Positions 1 through 9,112 of a DNA stretch of 64,000 bases are shown one piece after another. The notes below the pieces were generated by a model, which had not been told where the DNA came from, did no database searches, and worked only from the letters and a program-made list of their open reading frames with translations. The stretch spans positions 32,984 through 96,983 of the forward strand of contig JAIMAY010000004.1 of assembly GCA_023511725.1 (NCBI GenBank), read 5' to 3'. The translations under genes and the position numbers were made by a program. The DNA comes from Alicyclobacillus sp. (lineage in GTDB: Bacteria; Bacillota; Bacilli; Alicyclobacillales; Alicyclobacillaceae). The first letter of the stretch is position 1. Every line of letters starts with the position of its first letter.

Positions 1-489
1 ACGCCGCCCAAGACAGCGCCCCAGGATCCGCCGGCCGTCACGGTGCAGCCGGGATCTGCAGCGTATGTCGAGACGCCGAACGTCAAGGGGATGTCGCTGG
101 CGCAGGCCAAGGCGAGCCTTGAGAAGCTCGGCCTGCGGGTAAGCGTCAGCGGCAGCAGCACCGTGCAGACACAGTGGCCCGTTGCGGGCGTGCAGGTGCC
201 GAAGGGCTCGACGGTGTACCTGTACGCGCCGATCGGCCACGGCCATCCCATCATGCCGGACCTGACGGGCGCGTCGATGCGCGACGCGACCAACCTGCTG
301 GCGGCCATCGGTCTCAGTTTGGAGGCGGTCGGCGATGGCTACGCGGTATCGCAATCCATTCCGCCAGGCACGGTGGTGGCCCCGGGGACGCGTGTGCGGG
401 TCCAGTTCTCGCCAGACGTCGCAGGTGCCTCGTCGGCTGGGAGCGGGAGTGGGTCAGCCGGAAGCGGCGTCGGGAACGGCACCGGCTGA
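1..489 (+). CDS. pbpB: Class B penicillin-binding protein (PBP2B type), C-terminal fragment with two PASTA repeats; 5' end is upstream of the window
   Basis: Frame 1 is open from nt 1, so track ORF 43..489 is only the trimmed part. Two PASTA-like repeats (VETPNVKGMSLAQAKASLEKLGL..., MPDLTGASMRDATNLLAAIGL...) are followed by a Gly/Ser tail. It sits directly upstream of spoVD-murE, as pbpB does in Bacillus. Confidence 0.8.
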   Translation, partial: TPPKTAPQDPPAVTVQPGSAAYVETPNVKGMSLAQAKASLEKLGLRVSVSGSSTVQTQWPVAGVQVPKGSTVYLYAPIGHGHPIMPDLTGASMRDATNLLAAIGLSLEAVGDGYAVSQSIPPGTVVAPGTRVRVQFSPDVAGASSAGSGSGSAGSGVGNGTG

Positions 490-558
490 GGCCATCTGAA
501 CCTGCCGCCGTTACTTCTACGCGGGGGATTGTCCGCATAGGATGGTCTCGAGACAAGC

Positions 559-2625
559 GTGGAGGTGACGGCGGTGCGCGTCACGCGAGGCATGATGCGT
601 CGGCGGTTGGTGGCGCTGCTCGGGATCCTGTTGCTCGCCATCTCGGCTCTGGTCGGCCGTCTCGCCTACATCCAGGTGCTGCTTTCGCCCTGGCTGTCGG
701 ACCAGGCGCAGGCGCTGTGGAGCCGGAGCATCCCGCTGCAGGGCACGCGCGGCACCATCTACGATGCCACCGGTCAGAAGCTGGTGTACACGGCGAGCGC
801 TCCGTCTGTGATTGCCACGCCGGCACAGATCAAGGATAAACCGGGGACGGCGGCCAAGTTGGCGGCGGTGCTCGGCATGCCCGCGGACCAGATTCTCCAG
901 CTGCTCAACAAGCGGGTGTCCATGGTGTACATTCAGCCTGCGGGCCGGCGTATCACGGACCAGCAGGCGGCGCAGATCCGCGCGCTGAACCTGCCGGGCG
1001 TCTATCTCACGGAAGAGGGCAAACGCGTCTATCCCTACGGTACGCTGGCGGCTCAGGTGCTGGGCATCACGGGGGCGGACAACCAGGGGATCACCGGCCT
1101 TGAGAAGCAGTACGACGACGTGCTGTCCGGCGAACCCGGGGCCATCACCTTCTACGCGAAGGCGAATGGCGAGCAGATGCCCGGACTCGGCCAGTCGTAC
1201 ATACCTCCGGTGGATGGGCTGGATCTGCAGCTCACCATCGACGTGCACATTCAACAGTTTGTGGAGCGCGAGATTGAACAGGCGGTGGCCGAGTACAACC
1301 CGGATCACGTGACTGCCATCGTGGCCGACCCGAAGACCGGCGCCATCCTGGCGATGGCCAACTATCCGACATTTGATCCCGCCAATTGGAAACAGTACCC
1401 GTCCTCCACGTACAACCAGAATCTGGCCATCTGGCAGACGTTCGAGCCGGGCTCCACGTTCAAGATTGTCACCCTCTCCGCGGCCCTGCAGGAAGGCAAA
1501 GTGACGCTCAGTGACAAGTTTTACGATCCCGGCTACTACGAGGTGGCCGGCCACCGCATCCGCTGCTGGAAGGCGGGCGGGCACGGATCGCAGACCTTCC
1601 TGAACGTTGTCGAAAACTCCTGCAACCCCGGCTTCATCGCGCTCGGGGAGCGCCTCGGCAAGCAGGCGCTGTTCGATTACATCCGCAAGTTCGGGTTCGG
1701 CCAGAAGACGGGGATTGACCTGCCGGGCGAAGGCACGGGGATCCTGTTTCCGCTGAGCAAGGTGGGGCCACTGGAGCTGGCGACGACGGCCTTCGGCCAG
1801 GGCGTGTCGGTGACCCCCATTCAGCAGGTGATGGCGGTGTCGGCGGTGGCCAACGGCGGCCTGCTGATGAAGCCGTACGTGGTCCAGGCGTACATCAACC
1901 ACGACACGGAGCAGGTTGTGCACGAGGTCCAGCCGACGGTGGTCCGCCGCGTCATCTCGCCGCAGACGGCCGCCACGGTTCGGCAGGCGCTGGAGAGCGT
2001 AGTGGCGCGCGGCTCCGGGACGGGCGCGTATCAAGCGGGCTACCGAGTGGCCGGGAAGACCGGCACGGCGCAGGTCGCCGAAAACGGTCGCTACTCGGGC
2101 AGCCATTACATCGTGTCGTTCATCGGTATGGCCCCGGCCGACAATCCGCGCCTCGTTGCGTACGTGGCCATCGACTATCCGCGCCCGCGCAACGGTGCGC
2201 CGGTGTTCGGCGGCGTCATTGCCGCACCCATTGTCGGCCGCATCCTGGCGGATAGTCTGCAGTACTTGGGTGTCCCGCCGCAGTCGGGAGGACTGCCTAA
2301 AAAGCAGAAGTGGAACGACATCCCGCAGGTGCAGGTGCCGAATTTTGTAGGGATGACGATTGGCGATGCGCAGCGCGCAGCCATTCAAAGCACCGCGCAG
2401 CTGCAGACGCAGGTCGTGGGCACGGGCAAATACGTGGTCTGGCAGGCGCCGGCCGCCGGCACCCAGGTACCCAGCGGTTCGACCATCCGCCTGTACCTCG
2501 GCGACAGTCCGGTGCCGCAGCCCCAGGCGGGGGGTTCAGGCGGCGGCACCGGTGGCCAGGGTGGCGGCGCAAGCAGTTCAGGCGGCGGCGCGGGCAATTC
2601 GTCAGCCGGCAGTACGGGTGGATAA
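559..2625 (+). CDS. spoVD: Stage V sporulation protein D / FtsI-family class B PBP (transpeptidase, one PASTA domain)
   Basis: 688-aa ORF with an N-terminal TM segment, transpeptidase motifs STFK, SCN and KTGT, and a single C-terminal PASTA repeat. Position is between pbpB and murE. The likely true start is GTG 574 (GGAGGTGA at 561-568) or ATG 592. Confidence 0.85.
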   Translation: MEVTAVRVTRGMMRRRLVALLGILLLAISALVGRLAYIQVLLSPWLSDQAQALWSRSIPLQGTRGTIYDATGQKLVYTASAPSVIATPAQIKDKPGTAAKLAAVLGMPADQILQLLNKRVSMVYIQPAGRRITDQQAAQIRALNLPGVYLTEEGKRVYPYGTLAAQVLGITGADNQGITGLEKQYDDVLSGEPGAITFYAKANGEQMPGLGQSYIPPVDGLDLQLTIDVHIQQFVEREIEQAVAEYNPDHVTAIVADPKTGAILAMANYPTFDPANWKQYPSSTYNQNLAIWQTFEPGSTFKIVTLSAALQEGKVTLSDKFYDPGYYEVAGHRIRCWKAGGHGSQTFLNVVENSCNPGFIALGERLGKQALFDYIRKFGFGQKTGIDLPGEGTGILFPLSKVGPLELATTAFGQGVSVTPIQQVMAVSAVANGGLLMKPYVVQAYINHDTEQVVHEVQPTVVRRVISPQTAATVRQALESVVARGSGTGAYQAGYRVAGKTGTAQVAENGRYSGSHYIVSFIGMAPADNPRLVAYVAIDYPRPRNGAPVFGGVIAAPIVGRILADSLQYLGVPPQSGGLPKKQKWNDIPQVQVPNFVGMTIGDAQRAAIQSTAQLQTQVVGTGKYVVWQAPAAGTQVPSGSTIRLYLGDSPVPQPQAGGSGGGTGGQGGGASSSGGGAGNSSAGSTGG

Positions 2626-2680
2626 AACTTGTGATCCCCCGTACTTCTCTGTACAGTGAAGACGTGCCGAGGGGAGAGCT

Positions 2681-2709
2681 GCGGCCGGATGCACGGGGCA
2701 TCCGGCCGC
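2681..2709 (+). promoter_or_regulatory. Perfect 12-bp GC hairpin (GCGGCCGGATGC-ACGGG-GCATCCGGCCGC) between spoVD and murE, with no real U-tract
   Basis: Arms 2681-2692 and 2698-2709 are exact reverse complements. The hairpin lies just upstream of the murE RBS GGGAGGA (2714-2720). Confidence 0.6.
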
Positions 2710-2727
2710 TTGCGGGAGGAAGAAACC

Positions 2728-4221
2728 TTGAAACTATCGCAATTGGCGGCCGCACTGTTGAAACATCGAGCGGCTGGAGCAAACGAGGATCCAGAGATCA
2801 CGGGCGTCACCGCCGATTCGCGGAAGGCGACGGCGGGTTGCCTGTTCATCGCCATCCGCGGCCACACGGTGGATGGGCACGATTTCGCAGTGCAGGCCGT
2901 GGAGCGCGGCGCTGTCGCGGTGCTGGCAGAGCGGGAGCTGCCAATCCCGGTGCCGCAATTGGTGGTTCCCGATTCGCGCCTCGCGTCCGCCATCGTCGCG
3001 GATGTGTTCCATCGGCATCCGTCGCGGGATCTGAACGTGATCGGCGTGACCGGGACCAATGGGAAAACCACCACCACGCATCTCATCCGACACGTGCTGG
3101 AGGTGTCCGGCCGACCCTCCGGACTGATTGGCACACTGGGCGTGAGGATGGGCGACACCCTGCTGGAAGGGGTGAACACCACGCCGGAGGCGGTGGAACT
3201 GCACGCGACGCTGGCGCAGATGCGGGATCAGGGGCTGTCTCACTGTGTGATGGAGGTCTCGTCGCATGCGCTTGAACTTCGCCGGGTGGCGGGGATCCGC
3301 TTCCGCACCGCGGTGTTCACCAATCTCACGCAGGATCATCTGGATTTTCACGGGACGATGGAGCGGTACCGTGCCGCCAAAGGCAAGCTGTTCTCACGGC
3401 TGGGCAACGCCTACGGGGACACGGTGGCGGAGATGTCATACGCCGTGGTGAACGCGGACGATGAAGCGGGGAGCTTCATGGCCGAACAATCCGTGATGGA
3501 GACCGTCACCTACGGTATCCACGCCAAGGCCGACGTGCGCGCGGAGGACGTGGAACTCTCTGCCTCCGGTTGCCGGTTCCGCGCTCGGACGTTCGCCGGC
3601 GACGCGGACGTGCGCCTGCGCCTGACGGGGCGCTTCAACGTCTACAACGCCCTGGCCGCCCTGGCTGCCGCCATCATCGAGGGGATCCCTGTGGAGGAGG
3701 CGGCTCGCGCGCTCGGCGAGGTGCCGGGTATTCCCGGACGGCTGGAGGCGGTGGATGCCGGGCAGCCGTTCGCGGTGCTCGTCGACTACGCGCACACGCC
3801 CGACAGCCTGGAGAACGCGCTGCGCACCGTTCGGGAGTTTGCGCAGGGCCGGGTGATCACCGTGATAGGCTGCGGCGGCGACCGAGATGCGGGCAAACGC
3901 CCCATCATGGCGCGTACCGCCGTCACATGGAGTCATCACGTTCTCTTCACCAGCGACAACCCCCGCACGGAGGATCCGGAGAAGATCCTGGATGACATGA
4001 TCCGCGGCGTGGAGGGCATGGCGGGTCATTGGGAGCGCATTGCGGACCGGCGGGCGGCCATCGCGCGGGCTATCGACCTGGCCCAGCCAGGGGATGTGGT
4101 GCTACTCGCCGGCAAGGGGCACGAGACGTACCAGATCATCGGCCGCACCAAGTATCCGTTCGATGACCGGCAGGTGGCGCGCGAGGCCATTCTGCAGCGG
4201 TTCGGCCGGGGGGAGGGGTGA
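2728..4221 (+). CDS. murE: UDP-N-acetylmuramoyl-L-alanyl-D-glutamate--2,6-diaminopimelate ligase
   Basis: ORF 2656..4221 with P-loop GVTGTNGKTTT and the DNPR motif typical of meso-DAP-adding MurE. I prefer TTG 2728 as start (RBS GGGAGGA 7 nt upstream, downstream of the hairpin). ATG 2689 and GTG 2656 are alternatives. Confidence 0.9.
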   Translation: MKLSQLAAALLKHRAAGANEDPEITGVTADSRKATAGCLFIAIRGHTVDGHDFAVQAVERGAVAVLAERELPIPVPQLVVPDSRLASAIVADVFHRHPSRDLNVIGVTGTNGKTTTTHLIRHVLEVSGRPSGLIGTLGVRMGDTLLEGVNTTPEAVELHATLAQMRDQGLSHCVMEVSSHALELRRVAGIRFRTAVFTNLTQDHLDFHGTMERYRAAKGKLFSRLGNAYGDTVAEMSYAVVNADDEAGSFMAEQSVMETVTYGIHAKADVRAEDVELSASGCRFRARTFAGDADVRLRLTGRFNVYNALAALAAAIIEGIPVEEAARALGEVPGIPGRLEAVDAGQPFAVLVDYAHTPDSLENALRTVREFAQGRVITVIGCGGDRDAGKRPIMARTAVTWSHHVLFTSDNPRTEDPEKILDDMIRGVEGMAGHWERIADRRAAIARAIDLAQPGDVVLLAGKGHETYQIIGRTKYPFDDRQVAREAILQRFGRGEG

Positions 4222-4224
4222 GCC

Positions 4225-5202
4225 GTGGACCTGCAGGCACTGCTCCTGACCGCGGGCGCGGCATTCGTCATCGGCGTGCTGCTGGGCCCGGTCTTCATCC
4301 CCATCCTGCACCGGCTCAAGTTCGGGCAGAGCATCCGCGAGGAAGGACCCCAGCACCATCAGAAGAAGGCGGGTACGCCGACGATGGGCGGCATCATCAT
4401 CGTCCTCGCGGTGTTGGTGGCGATGTTGAAGTTTGCCATGACGAGCATGGAGATCTGCGTGCTCCTGTTCGCCATGCTCGCATTCGGCGCGGTCGGTTTC
4501 GCCGATGACTTCATCAAGGTTGTGAAGAAGCGGAACCTTGGCCTGCGGCCCGGTCAAAAACTGTTCTGGCAGGCGGCGGCGACGGTCATCCTGTTTGGTC
4601 TCTTGTGGTGGCTGTGGCGCGGCGACATGGACGCCTTCCGCGTGGCGGTACCGTTCACGTCGTGGGCGCTGCCGCTGGGCAGCCTGTATGTTCTGTTTCT
4701 GCTCTTGGTGCTGCTGGCCACCACGAACGCGGTCAACCTGACGGATGGCTTGGATGGCCTGTTGGCGGGGACGGCGGCCATCGTGTTCTCGGCGTACGCC
4801 TTCTATGCGCTGTATCACACCGCGTATGATGTGGCGCTGTTCTGCGCGGCGATGGTGGGGGCGCTGCTGGCCTTTCTGGTGTTCAACCGCCATCCCGCGC
4901 GGGTGTTCATGGGCGATACGGGGTCGTTGGCCATCGGCGGCGCGCTGGCGCTGGTCGCGGTACTGACCCACAGCGAACTCGGACTCATTCTGTTTGGTCT
5001 CGTGTTTGTGGTAGAGGCGTTGAGTGTCATCGTTCAGGTCTTTTCCTTTCAAGTCTTCGGCCGGCGCGTATTTCGCATGAGCCCGCTGCACCACCACTTT
5101 GAGCTCGGCGGCTGGTCAGAGTGGGAGGTTGTGCTGCTGTTCTGGATGGCCGCCTTTCTCACCGCATACGGTACACTCGCCCTCCTGACGCACCACGGTT
5201 GA
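4225..5202 (+). CDS. mraY: Phospho-N-acetylmuramoyl-pentapeptide transferase
   Basis: 325-aa polytopic membrane ORF with an MraY-like N-terminus (FIPILHRLKFGQSIREEGPQHHQKKAGTPTMGG) and an NLTDGLDGL motif. Position is dcw-typical. Confidence 0.95.
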   Translation: MDLQALLLTAGAAFVIGVLLGPVFIPILHRLKFGQSIREEGPQHHQKKAGTPTMGGIIIVLAVLVAMLKFAMTSMEICVLLFAMLAFGAVGFADDFIKVVKKRNLGLRPGQKLFWQAAATVILFGLLWWLWRGDMDAFRVAVPFTSWALPLGSLYVLFLLLVLLATTNAVNLTDGLDGLLAGTAAIVFSAYAFYALYHTAYDVALFCAAMVGALLAFLVFNRHPARVFMGDTGSLAIGGALALVAVLTHSELGLILFGLVFVVEALSVIVQVFSFQVFGRRVFRMSPLHHHFELGGWSEWEVVLLFWMAAFLTAYGTLALLTHHG

Positions 5203-5212
5203 GGCATCCGGC

Positions 5213-5245
5213 GCGGCCGGGGCACGATTGGCATCCCCCGGCCGC
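5213..5245 (+). promoter_or_regulatory. Perfect 10-bp GC hairpin (GCGGCCGGGG-13 nt-CCCCGGCCGC) in the unusually long mraY-murD spacer
   Basis: Arms 5213-5222 and 5236-5245 are exact reverse complements, followed by TTATGCTTA. The outer arms are identical to those of the hairpin at 2681-2709. Confidence 0.55.
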
Positions 5246-5312
5246 TTATGCTTACATAGATCACATGACAATGGTCGGCGGCCGTGCGGCCGGCGAGTCA
5301 GGGGGCGACGGC

Positions 5313-6668
5313 ATGAGGTTTCAACCGGGCGACAAGGTGCTGGTGATGGGGTTGGCGCGCAGCGGCGAGGCGGCGGCGCGCCTTTTGCTGCGTCGCGGCG
5401 CACGCGTGGTGGTCAATGACGGGCGCGAGCGCGGAACGGAGGAACCCGCGGCCGATGCGCTGGCCGCGCTCGGCGCCGAGGTGGTGTTCGGCGGCCATCC
5501 GCTGTCGCTGTTGGACCCGCCTCCGGCGTTCATCGTCAAGAACCCGGGCATCCCGTACTCCGTCCCACTGCTGCAGGAGGCGCTGCGGCGCGGGATTCCG
5601 GTGTACACCGAGATCGAACTCGCGTCGTGGTTCACAACCGCGCCTATCTATGCCATCACGGGTTCCAACGGGAAGACGACAACCACCACGCTCGTGGGGG
5701 AGATGCTTGCGGAGGCCGGCCTGGACCCCGTGGTGGCGGGCAACATCGGTCGCGTGTTCTCGGGCCTCGTGGAGAGCATTCGGCCGGAGCAGCCTGTGGT
5801 GCTGGAGGTCTCGAGCTTCCAGTTGCTCGGCACGGAATCCTTTCACCCGCGCGGCGCGGCCTTCCTGAACTTGTATCCGGCGCATCTCGATTACCACGGG
5901 ACGCTCGAGGCGTACGCGGAGGCCAAGTGGCGTCTGTTCCGCAACATGGGACCGGGGGACACCGCCGTGCTCAACTATGACCAGGCGCGCATCCGCGATG
6001 CGGCGTCGCGGGTGAAGGCCCGCATCCTGTGGTTCAGCCGGCAGACGCCCGTGCCCGAGGGTACCTTTCTCCGCGACGGCCGGCTCTGGCTGCGGAGGGA
6101 CGGACGGGAGGAGGCGGTGTTGCCGGTGCACGCCGTGGCACTCCGCGGTGAGCACAACCTGGAGAACGCCCTCGCGGCGACGGCGCTGGCGGTCACGGCG
6201 GGCGCCAGCCTCGATGCGGTGCGAGAGGTGCTCACGCGCTTTCGCGGGATGGAGCATCGGCTCGAGTTCGTGCGCCGCGTCGGGGGCGTGGATTACTACA
6301 ACGATTCCAAGGCCACCAATCCTGAGGCGGCGCTTCGCGCGCTGCGCGCCTTCCAGAGCCCGCTCGTGTGGATCGGCGGCGGGCTGGATAGGGGCGACGA
6401 CTTCTCCGTGCTGATGCCGGATCTTGCCGCGAGGGCTCGCGCCGCCGTCGTGCTCGGGCAGGCGGCGGAGCGGTTGGCCAAGGTGTGTGAACAGCATGGG
6501 ATCCAAACGGTGCGCGTCGCCAATCTGGAGGAAGCCGTGCATGCCGCCCGGCGCCTGGCGGAACCGGGGGACACGGTGTTGCTCTCTCCTGCCTGCGCCA
6601 GTTGGGATATGTTCCCGTCGTTCGAGGTGCGTGGGCGAATGTTCAAGGACGTGGTGCATACACTGTAG
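5313..6668 (+). CDS. murD: UDP-N-acetylmuramoylalanine--D-glutamate ligase
   Basis: ORF 5121..6668. The N-terminus MRFQPGDKVLVMGLARSGEAAARLL is a Rossmann-type MurD start and the P-loop is ITGSNGKTTTT. The start at ATG 5313 is inferred; ATG 5265 is possible. Confidence 0.9.
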   Translation: MRFQPGDKVLVMGLARSGEAAARLLLRRGARVVVNDGRERGTEEPAADALAALGAEVVFGGHPLSLLDPPPAFIVKNPGIPYSVPLLQEALRRGIPVYTEIELASWFTTAPIYAITGSNGKTTTTTLVGEMLAEAGLDPVVAGNIGRVFSGLVESIRPEQPVVLEVSSFQLLGTESFHPRGAAFLNLYPAHLDYHGTLEAYAEAKWRLFRNMGPGDTAVLNYDQARIRDAASRVKARILWFSRQTPVPEGTFLRDGRLWLRRDGREEAVLPVHAVALRGEHNLENALAATALAVTAGASLDAVREVLTRFRGMEHRLEFVRRVGGVDYYNDSKATNPEAALRALRAFQSPLVWIGGGLDRGDDFSVLMPDLAARARAAVVLGQAAERLAKVCEQHGIQTVRVANLEEAVHAARRLAEPGDTVLLSPACASWDMFPSFEVRGRMFKDVVHTL

Positions 6669-6742
6669 CGTCCCGGCGCGGACAGGTCCCCTTCGGCTGT
6701 GCCGCGTTCGGTGCACCACGGCTTGAAGGGAGGAGGGCCCGC

Positions 6743-7852
6743 GTGACTCTGTCGCAGCGACGACCGGACTTCGTGCTGCTGGCGGTGACGCTGTTCCTGC
6801 TCGTGCTGGGCGTGGTCATGGTGCACAGCGCGAGCTCGGCGCTCTCACTGAAAACGTTCGGGGATGCCTATTACTTCGCCAAACGGCAGGTGCTCTGGGC
6901 TTGTCTCGGGCTGGTGCTGATGTACCTCGCTTCGCGCTACGATTACCATAGGCTTCGCCGCTTCGCTCCCGGTTTTCTGGTGGTCAGCTTCGCGCTCTTG
7001 GTGCTGGTCTTGATCCCGGGGGTGGGGCGTAATGTCAACGGATCGCAGGCGTGGATTGGCATTGGCTCGTTCGGTGTGCAGCCGTCCGAGTTCATGAAGC
7101 TGGCCCTCATCCTGTTTCTCGCCCACTATCTGGCCGACAGCGGCGATAGGATGCGATCCTTCACGCGAGGCTTTCTTCCGCCCCTGCTGCTGGCGCTCAC
7201 CGCGGTGGGGCTCATCATGCTCGAGCCCGATCTCGGCCAGAGCGTCGTCATCATGGGCGTCGCGGTGGTGCTTTTGTTCACGGCCGGCGCCAATCTGCAG
7301 CATCTCCTGTTGCTGTTTGGCGCGGGGGTTGCAGGCTTCGCGGCGATGGTGGCGATGGCGCCCTACCGGATGGCGCGTATCACCGCGTTCCTCAACCCGT
7401 GGGCGGATCCGCTTGGCAAGGGGTATCAGATCATCCAGTCGCTGTACGCCCTCGGGTCCGGCGGACTGCTCGGCCTGGGCCTCGGCCAGAGCCGGCAAAA
7501 GTATCTGTACCTGCCTGAACCGCAGACCGACTTTGTCTACTCCATCATCGGCGAGGAACTGGGCTTCCTCGGCGCCGCCGCCGTGCTGGTGTTGCTTGCG
7601 GTCATCGTGTGGCGCGGTCTGCGCACGGCGCTGTATGCGCCCGATGAATTCGGCTCGTTGCTGGCCGCGGGGATCACGGGGATGATTGGGATCCAGGCGC
7701 TGATCAACATCGGCGTGGTGACCGGTTCCATCCCAGCCACCGGCGTGACGCTGCCGTTCATCAGCTACGGAGGTTCATCGCTGACGCTGATGCTGACCAG
7801 TGTTGGCGTATTGCTCAACATTTCGCGTCAGGCCGTGTTTCCCGCACGCTGA
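6743..7852 (+). CDS. spoVE: SEDS-family peptidoglycan glycosyltransferase FtsW/SpoVE
   Basis: Multi-TM ORF resembling B. subtilis SpoVE (FAKRQ..., IPGVG...NGS..WIG.GSF..QPSEFMKLA). Start is GTG 6743, after RBS GAAGGGAGGAGGG. It lies between murD and murG. The choice between spoVE and ftsW is uncertain. Confidence 0.85.
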   Translation: MTLSQRRPDFVLLAVTLFLLVLGVVMVHSASSALSLKTFGDAYYFAKRQVLWACLGLVLMYLASRYDYHRLRRFAPGFLVVSFALLVLVLIPGVGRNVNGSQAWIGIGSFGVQPSEFMKLALILFLAHYLADSGDRMRSFTRGFLPPLLLALTAVGLIMLEPDLGQSVVIMGVAVVLLFTAGANLQHLLLLFGAGVAGFAAMVAMAPYRMARITAFLNPWADPLGKGYQIIQSLYALGSGGLLGLGLGQSRQKYLYLPEPQTDFVYSIIGEELGFLGAAAVLVLLAVIVWRGLRTALYAPDEFGSLLAAGITGMIGIQALINIGVVTGSIPATGVTLPFISYGGSSLTLMLTSVGVLLNISRQAVFPAR

Positions 7853-7872
7853 CGCAGCGGAGGTTGCGGTGC

Positions 7873-8982
7873 ATGCGAATTGTGCTGACGGGAGGCGGTA
7901 CGGGTGGCCACATTTACCCGGGGCTGACCCTCTGGCGCAAGCTCAAGGAGGTGCGGCCGGACGCGCGGGTGTTGTACATCGGCACGGATGGGGGGCTCGA
8001 GCGCGGCATCGTGGAGCGGGCCGGCCTGCCGTTCACAGCCATTCGCGCCGCCGGGCTGAAGCGGGAACTCAGCCTGGCCGCGTTGCGGACGGCGTGGATC
8101 ACCGGGATAGGCTATGTCCAGGCGCTCGGTGCCCTGCGCCAATTCCGGCCGGATGTGGTGGTGGGCACCGGGGGCTATGTGACGCTGCCGGTGGTCCTCG
8201 CGGCCCGCACCCTGCGTATTCCGGCCGTGGTGTGGGAAGCGAATGCTCGGCCGGGCCTTACGAACCGCCTGTGCGCGCGGCGCGCCTGGGCGGTCGCCGT
8301 CTCGTTTGACGACAGCCGGCGCTGGTTCCGTCGGGCTCGTCGCGTGGTGTACACGGGCAATCCGCGCGCCAGCGAGGTCCTGCTGGTGAGACCGGAGGAG
8401 ATGGAGCGCGCCAGGTCCGCCTACGGCCTCAGCTCCGGCCGTCGCCTGGTGGTGGCGTTCATGGGTAGCCGCGGCGCCGAGACGGTGAACGAGGTACTGG
8501 CGGCGCTGGTGCCCCGGTTTGCCGCGAGCGATGGCCTTCAGTTCATCTTCATCACCGGCGAAGCGCACTACAACGACATTGCCTCGCGCTTTACTGGCCT
8601 GCCGCGGCATGTGCGCATTGTGCCGTTTGTGCACGACATGCCGGCGCTCCTGCCGTTGGCCGATCTCGTCATCACCCGCGCCGGCGGCGCCACGCTGGCG
8701 GAGATCTGCGCGTTCGGGTTGGCTTCCATCCTGATCCCGTCGCCGTACGTCACCGACAACCACCAGGAGGAGAACGCACGCCGGCTGGTGGAGCGGGGTG
8801 CGGCGCGCATGGTGCGCGAGGCCGACCTGACGGCGGACGGCCTGTGGGCACAGATCCAGGAGGTCTTGCAGCCGCCGGTGCGCGACGCTCTGCGCGAACA
8901 GGCGCACCGCATGGCCACGCCGCACGCCGTGGACGACCTGTGCAAACTGGTGCTGGAGGCGGCGGAGAGTCGTCGCGGCTGA
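7873..8982 (+). CDS. murG: Undecaprenyldiphospho-muramoylpentapeptide beta-N-acetylglucosaminyltransferase
   Basis: The sequence begins MRIVLTGGGTGGHIYPG. ATG 7873 lies 9 nt after GGAGG; the track ORF starts at TTG 7864. Confidence 0.93.
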   Translation: MRIVLTGGGTGGHIYPGLTLWRKLKEVRPDARVLYIGTDGGLERGIVERAGLPFTAIRAAGLKRELSLAALRTAWITGIGYVQALGALRQFRPDVVVGTGGYVTLPVVLAARTLRIPAVVWEANARPGLTNRLCARRAWAVAVSFDDSRRWFRRARRVVYTGNPRASEVLLVRPEEMERARSAYGLSSGRRLVVAFMGSRGAETVNEVLAALVPRFAASDGLQFIFITGEAHYNDIASRFTGLPRHVRIVPFVHDMPALLPLADLVITRAGGATLAEICAFGLASILIPSPYVTDNHQEENARRLVERGAARMVREADLTADGLWAQIQEVLQPPVRDALREQAHRMATPHAVDDLCKLVLEAAESRRG

Positions 8983-9112
8983 CCGCGAGCGCCGGTGCTT
9001 GCACCCATTCCGGGCAGGTGTCATAGGATGCCGTACGGACCTGGGCGCGCAGACGGCACAGGATGCCGTGAGCGCGAAACCGATGCAGCCGACGAAACAG
9101 AGGAGGAGCCGG

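Noticed and set aside
517-2388. 623-aa minus-strand ORF
   Set aside because: It lies entirely antisense to spoVD, and its composition is Arg/His/Gly/Leu-rich with no recognisable motif. This is the typical stop-codon-poor shadow frame of high-GC coding DNA, and the opposite strand carries clear SxxK/SxN/KTG motifs.
2521-2620. GGC-rich repetitive DNA, considered as a tandem repeat or CRISPR-like array
   Set aside because: It is in frame within spoVD and encodes the Gly/Ser tail. Only one 14-nt segment repeats, and there is no repeat-spacer periodicity.
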